A stretch of 64,000 bases of DNA from Planctomycetota bacterium (GTDB lineage Bacteria > Planctomycetota > GCA-002687715 > CAIWVZ01), in contig JBGANV010000001.1 of assembly GCA_044222185.1 (NCBI GenBank), forward strand, positions 1,120,001 through 1,184,000. The letters are read 5' to 3'. The notes under the pieces are model-generated. The model was given only the letters and a program-made list of their open reading frames with translations. It searched no databases and was not told the origin of the DNA. The stretch's first letter is position 1, and every line of letters starts with the position of its first letter. Below, piece by piece: positions 62,786 to 64,000 of this stretch. The translations under genes and the position numbers were made by a program.

Positions 62786-64000
62786 GCGCGCTCCCCTGAC
62801 TCGATTGCCGTCCGATAGATCGCAACGATCCGCTTCGCGTGCTCGCCCAGTGTCGCCGGCCGGCGGACCTGCGTGCGCAGTCGTTCGACCTGGCCGCGAT
62901 CACGCGCCAGGTCGCCGAGCACCGCCGCCAGGGATCCTGCGTCGCCCGGCCGGAACAGTCGCCCGTTCACTCCGTCTCGCACGAGTTCCCGCATGCCGCC
63001 CAGGTCCGCCGTCACGACGGGAACCCCGTGGGCCTGTGCTTCCAGGATCGTGATCGGCTGGTTCTCCACCCACCGCGAGGGCACGACCGTGACGTCGACG
63101 GACGCCAGGATCTCCCCCACTCGCGAGGGCTGGTACTTGCCGTGAAACCGGATCGGCAGCCCTCGGGCGCGCCGCCGCAATGAGGTGGCGAACTCGGGGC
63201 GGAGGTCCTCGCGTCCGAACACGTCGACCTCGACGAGACCGTCGGGAATGAACTGCATGGCTTCTACGATCAGGTCGATGCCTTTTTGCGGCGACACGGT
63301 GCCGAGGAACCCCACGCGCAGCCGTTCGCCCGGAGCGTAACCGGCGCCGGCGGCTGAATGAGATTCAGTATCGACGCCGTACCCGAGGACCACCAGCGAC
63401 TCCTTTCGGAATCCCGCAGCCACGAACGTGCGTTCGAGGAACTCGGAAGGGGCGATGAAGGTCCGGACGTGGCGGACGAGTTCCGCCACCGCCGCTGCTC
63501 TGGCTTCGACGACGGGGAGCATACCAGCGCCTTCCGACGCCGCCAAAACCCTGGCCCCGTGAGACTTCGGCGAGATCCGGCGCAAAGCGAGGCCGACCCC
63601 CCGGGCCCATCGTGAAACCCCGCCTCCGAGCCACTTTTCCATGCGGGCAGCAACCCGCTGCCCGCGACGTTCGAAAGCCGTGAGCCCGAAGCGGTACCCC
63701 ACGACGCAGTCGGCGCAGATCGAGGCTTCGGGCCCGTTGCACACGGAGCCGTCGCGGCGGACCAGTTGGCCATTGCGGGGACAGATGAGGCTGAAGTCGT
63801 TGAGGGTCATCACGACCGCGGTTCCCCGGCGCGAGGCAACCTCGGGAACACAGAAGCTCAGCAGGTTCAGGTGCTGGATGTGGACGACGTCCGGTCGGAA
63901 CGCGTCGAGCTCCTCCTCGAAAGCCGCGCGCGCGCCGTCACCGACCCAGGCGTCCCGGGCCACCGTGACCACCCTCGACGCCGCGAACTCGACGATCGAC
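62782..64000 (-). CDS. GT4 glycosyltransferase (5' end beyond the window)
   Basis: PDVVHIQHL, TLNDFSLICPR, GFLGTVSPQKG, VPSRWVENQP, DGVNG.LF. Confidence 0.9.
   Translation of the reverse strand, partial: SIVEFAASRVVTVARDAWVGDGARAAFEEELDAFRPDVVHIQHLNLLSFCVPEVASRRGTAVVMTLNDFSLICPRNGQLVRRDGSVCNGPEASICADCVVGYRFGLTAFERRGQRVAARMEKWLGGGVSRWARGVGLALRRISPKSHGARVLAASEGAGMLPVVEARAAAVAELVRHVRTFIAPSEFLERTFVAAGFRKESLVVLGYGVDTESHSAAGAGYAPGERLRVGFLGTVSPQKGIDLIVEAMQFIPDGLVEVDVFGREDLRPEFATSLRRRARGLPIRFHGKYQPSRVGEILASVDVTVVPSRWVENQPITILEAQAHGVPVVTADLGGMRELVRDGVNGRLFRPGDAGSLAAVLGDLARDRGQVERLRTQVRRPATLGEHAKRIVAIYRTAIESGERA

Noticed and set aside
1-64000. Defence systems, transposases, prophage, rRNA, known riboswitches
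   Set aside because: No supporting motifs recognised by eye; an Rfam/DefenseFinder run would be needed to exclude them formally

Overview
High-GC bacterial chromosomal segment with about 46 CDS and one tRNA. I saw no mobile elements, rRNA or CRISPR arrays. The gene content (ECF sigma fused to a membrane-anchored extension, secreted HEAT-repeat protein, tandem DUF1080, FHA-Ser/Thr kinase) suggests a Planctomycetota-like organism; this is inference. From left to right: a DprE1/DprE2-like pair; boxB-boxC with divergent boxR; a desaturase/GNAT/patatin lipid locus; rluA; an ABC exporter plus a degenerate fucose-isomerase-like protein; pgk-rpe-accD-tolC-glycosidase; tilS; yggS-kinase-yggU-punA-ileS-purN-M61-tRNA-Leu; ECF signalling genes; gpmI; msrA; a prenyl-lipid operon; and the start of a glycosylation cluster. 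Highlights: (1) msrA has an in-frame TGA at the catalytic GCFWG cysteine followed by a SECIS-like hairpin, so it is a selenoprotein that the ORF track truncates. (2) A tightly coupled operon encodes a phytol-kinase-like (VTE5), a DUF92 (VTE6-like) and a UbiA prenyltransferase with VTE2/HPT-type NQxxDxxxD and KDxxDxEGD motifs, a candidate prenol-salvage/aromatic prenylation system. (3) The type-2 IleRS has a swapped GIHH signature. (4) A GT4-coiled coil-GT4 protein carries 21-residue repeats. All calls come from motif recognition by eye; no database searches were run.
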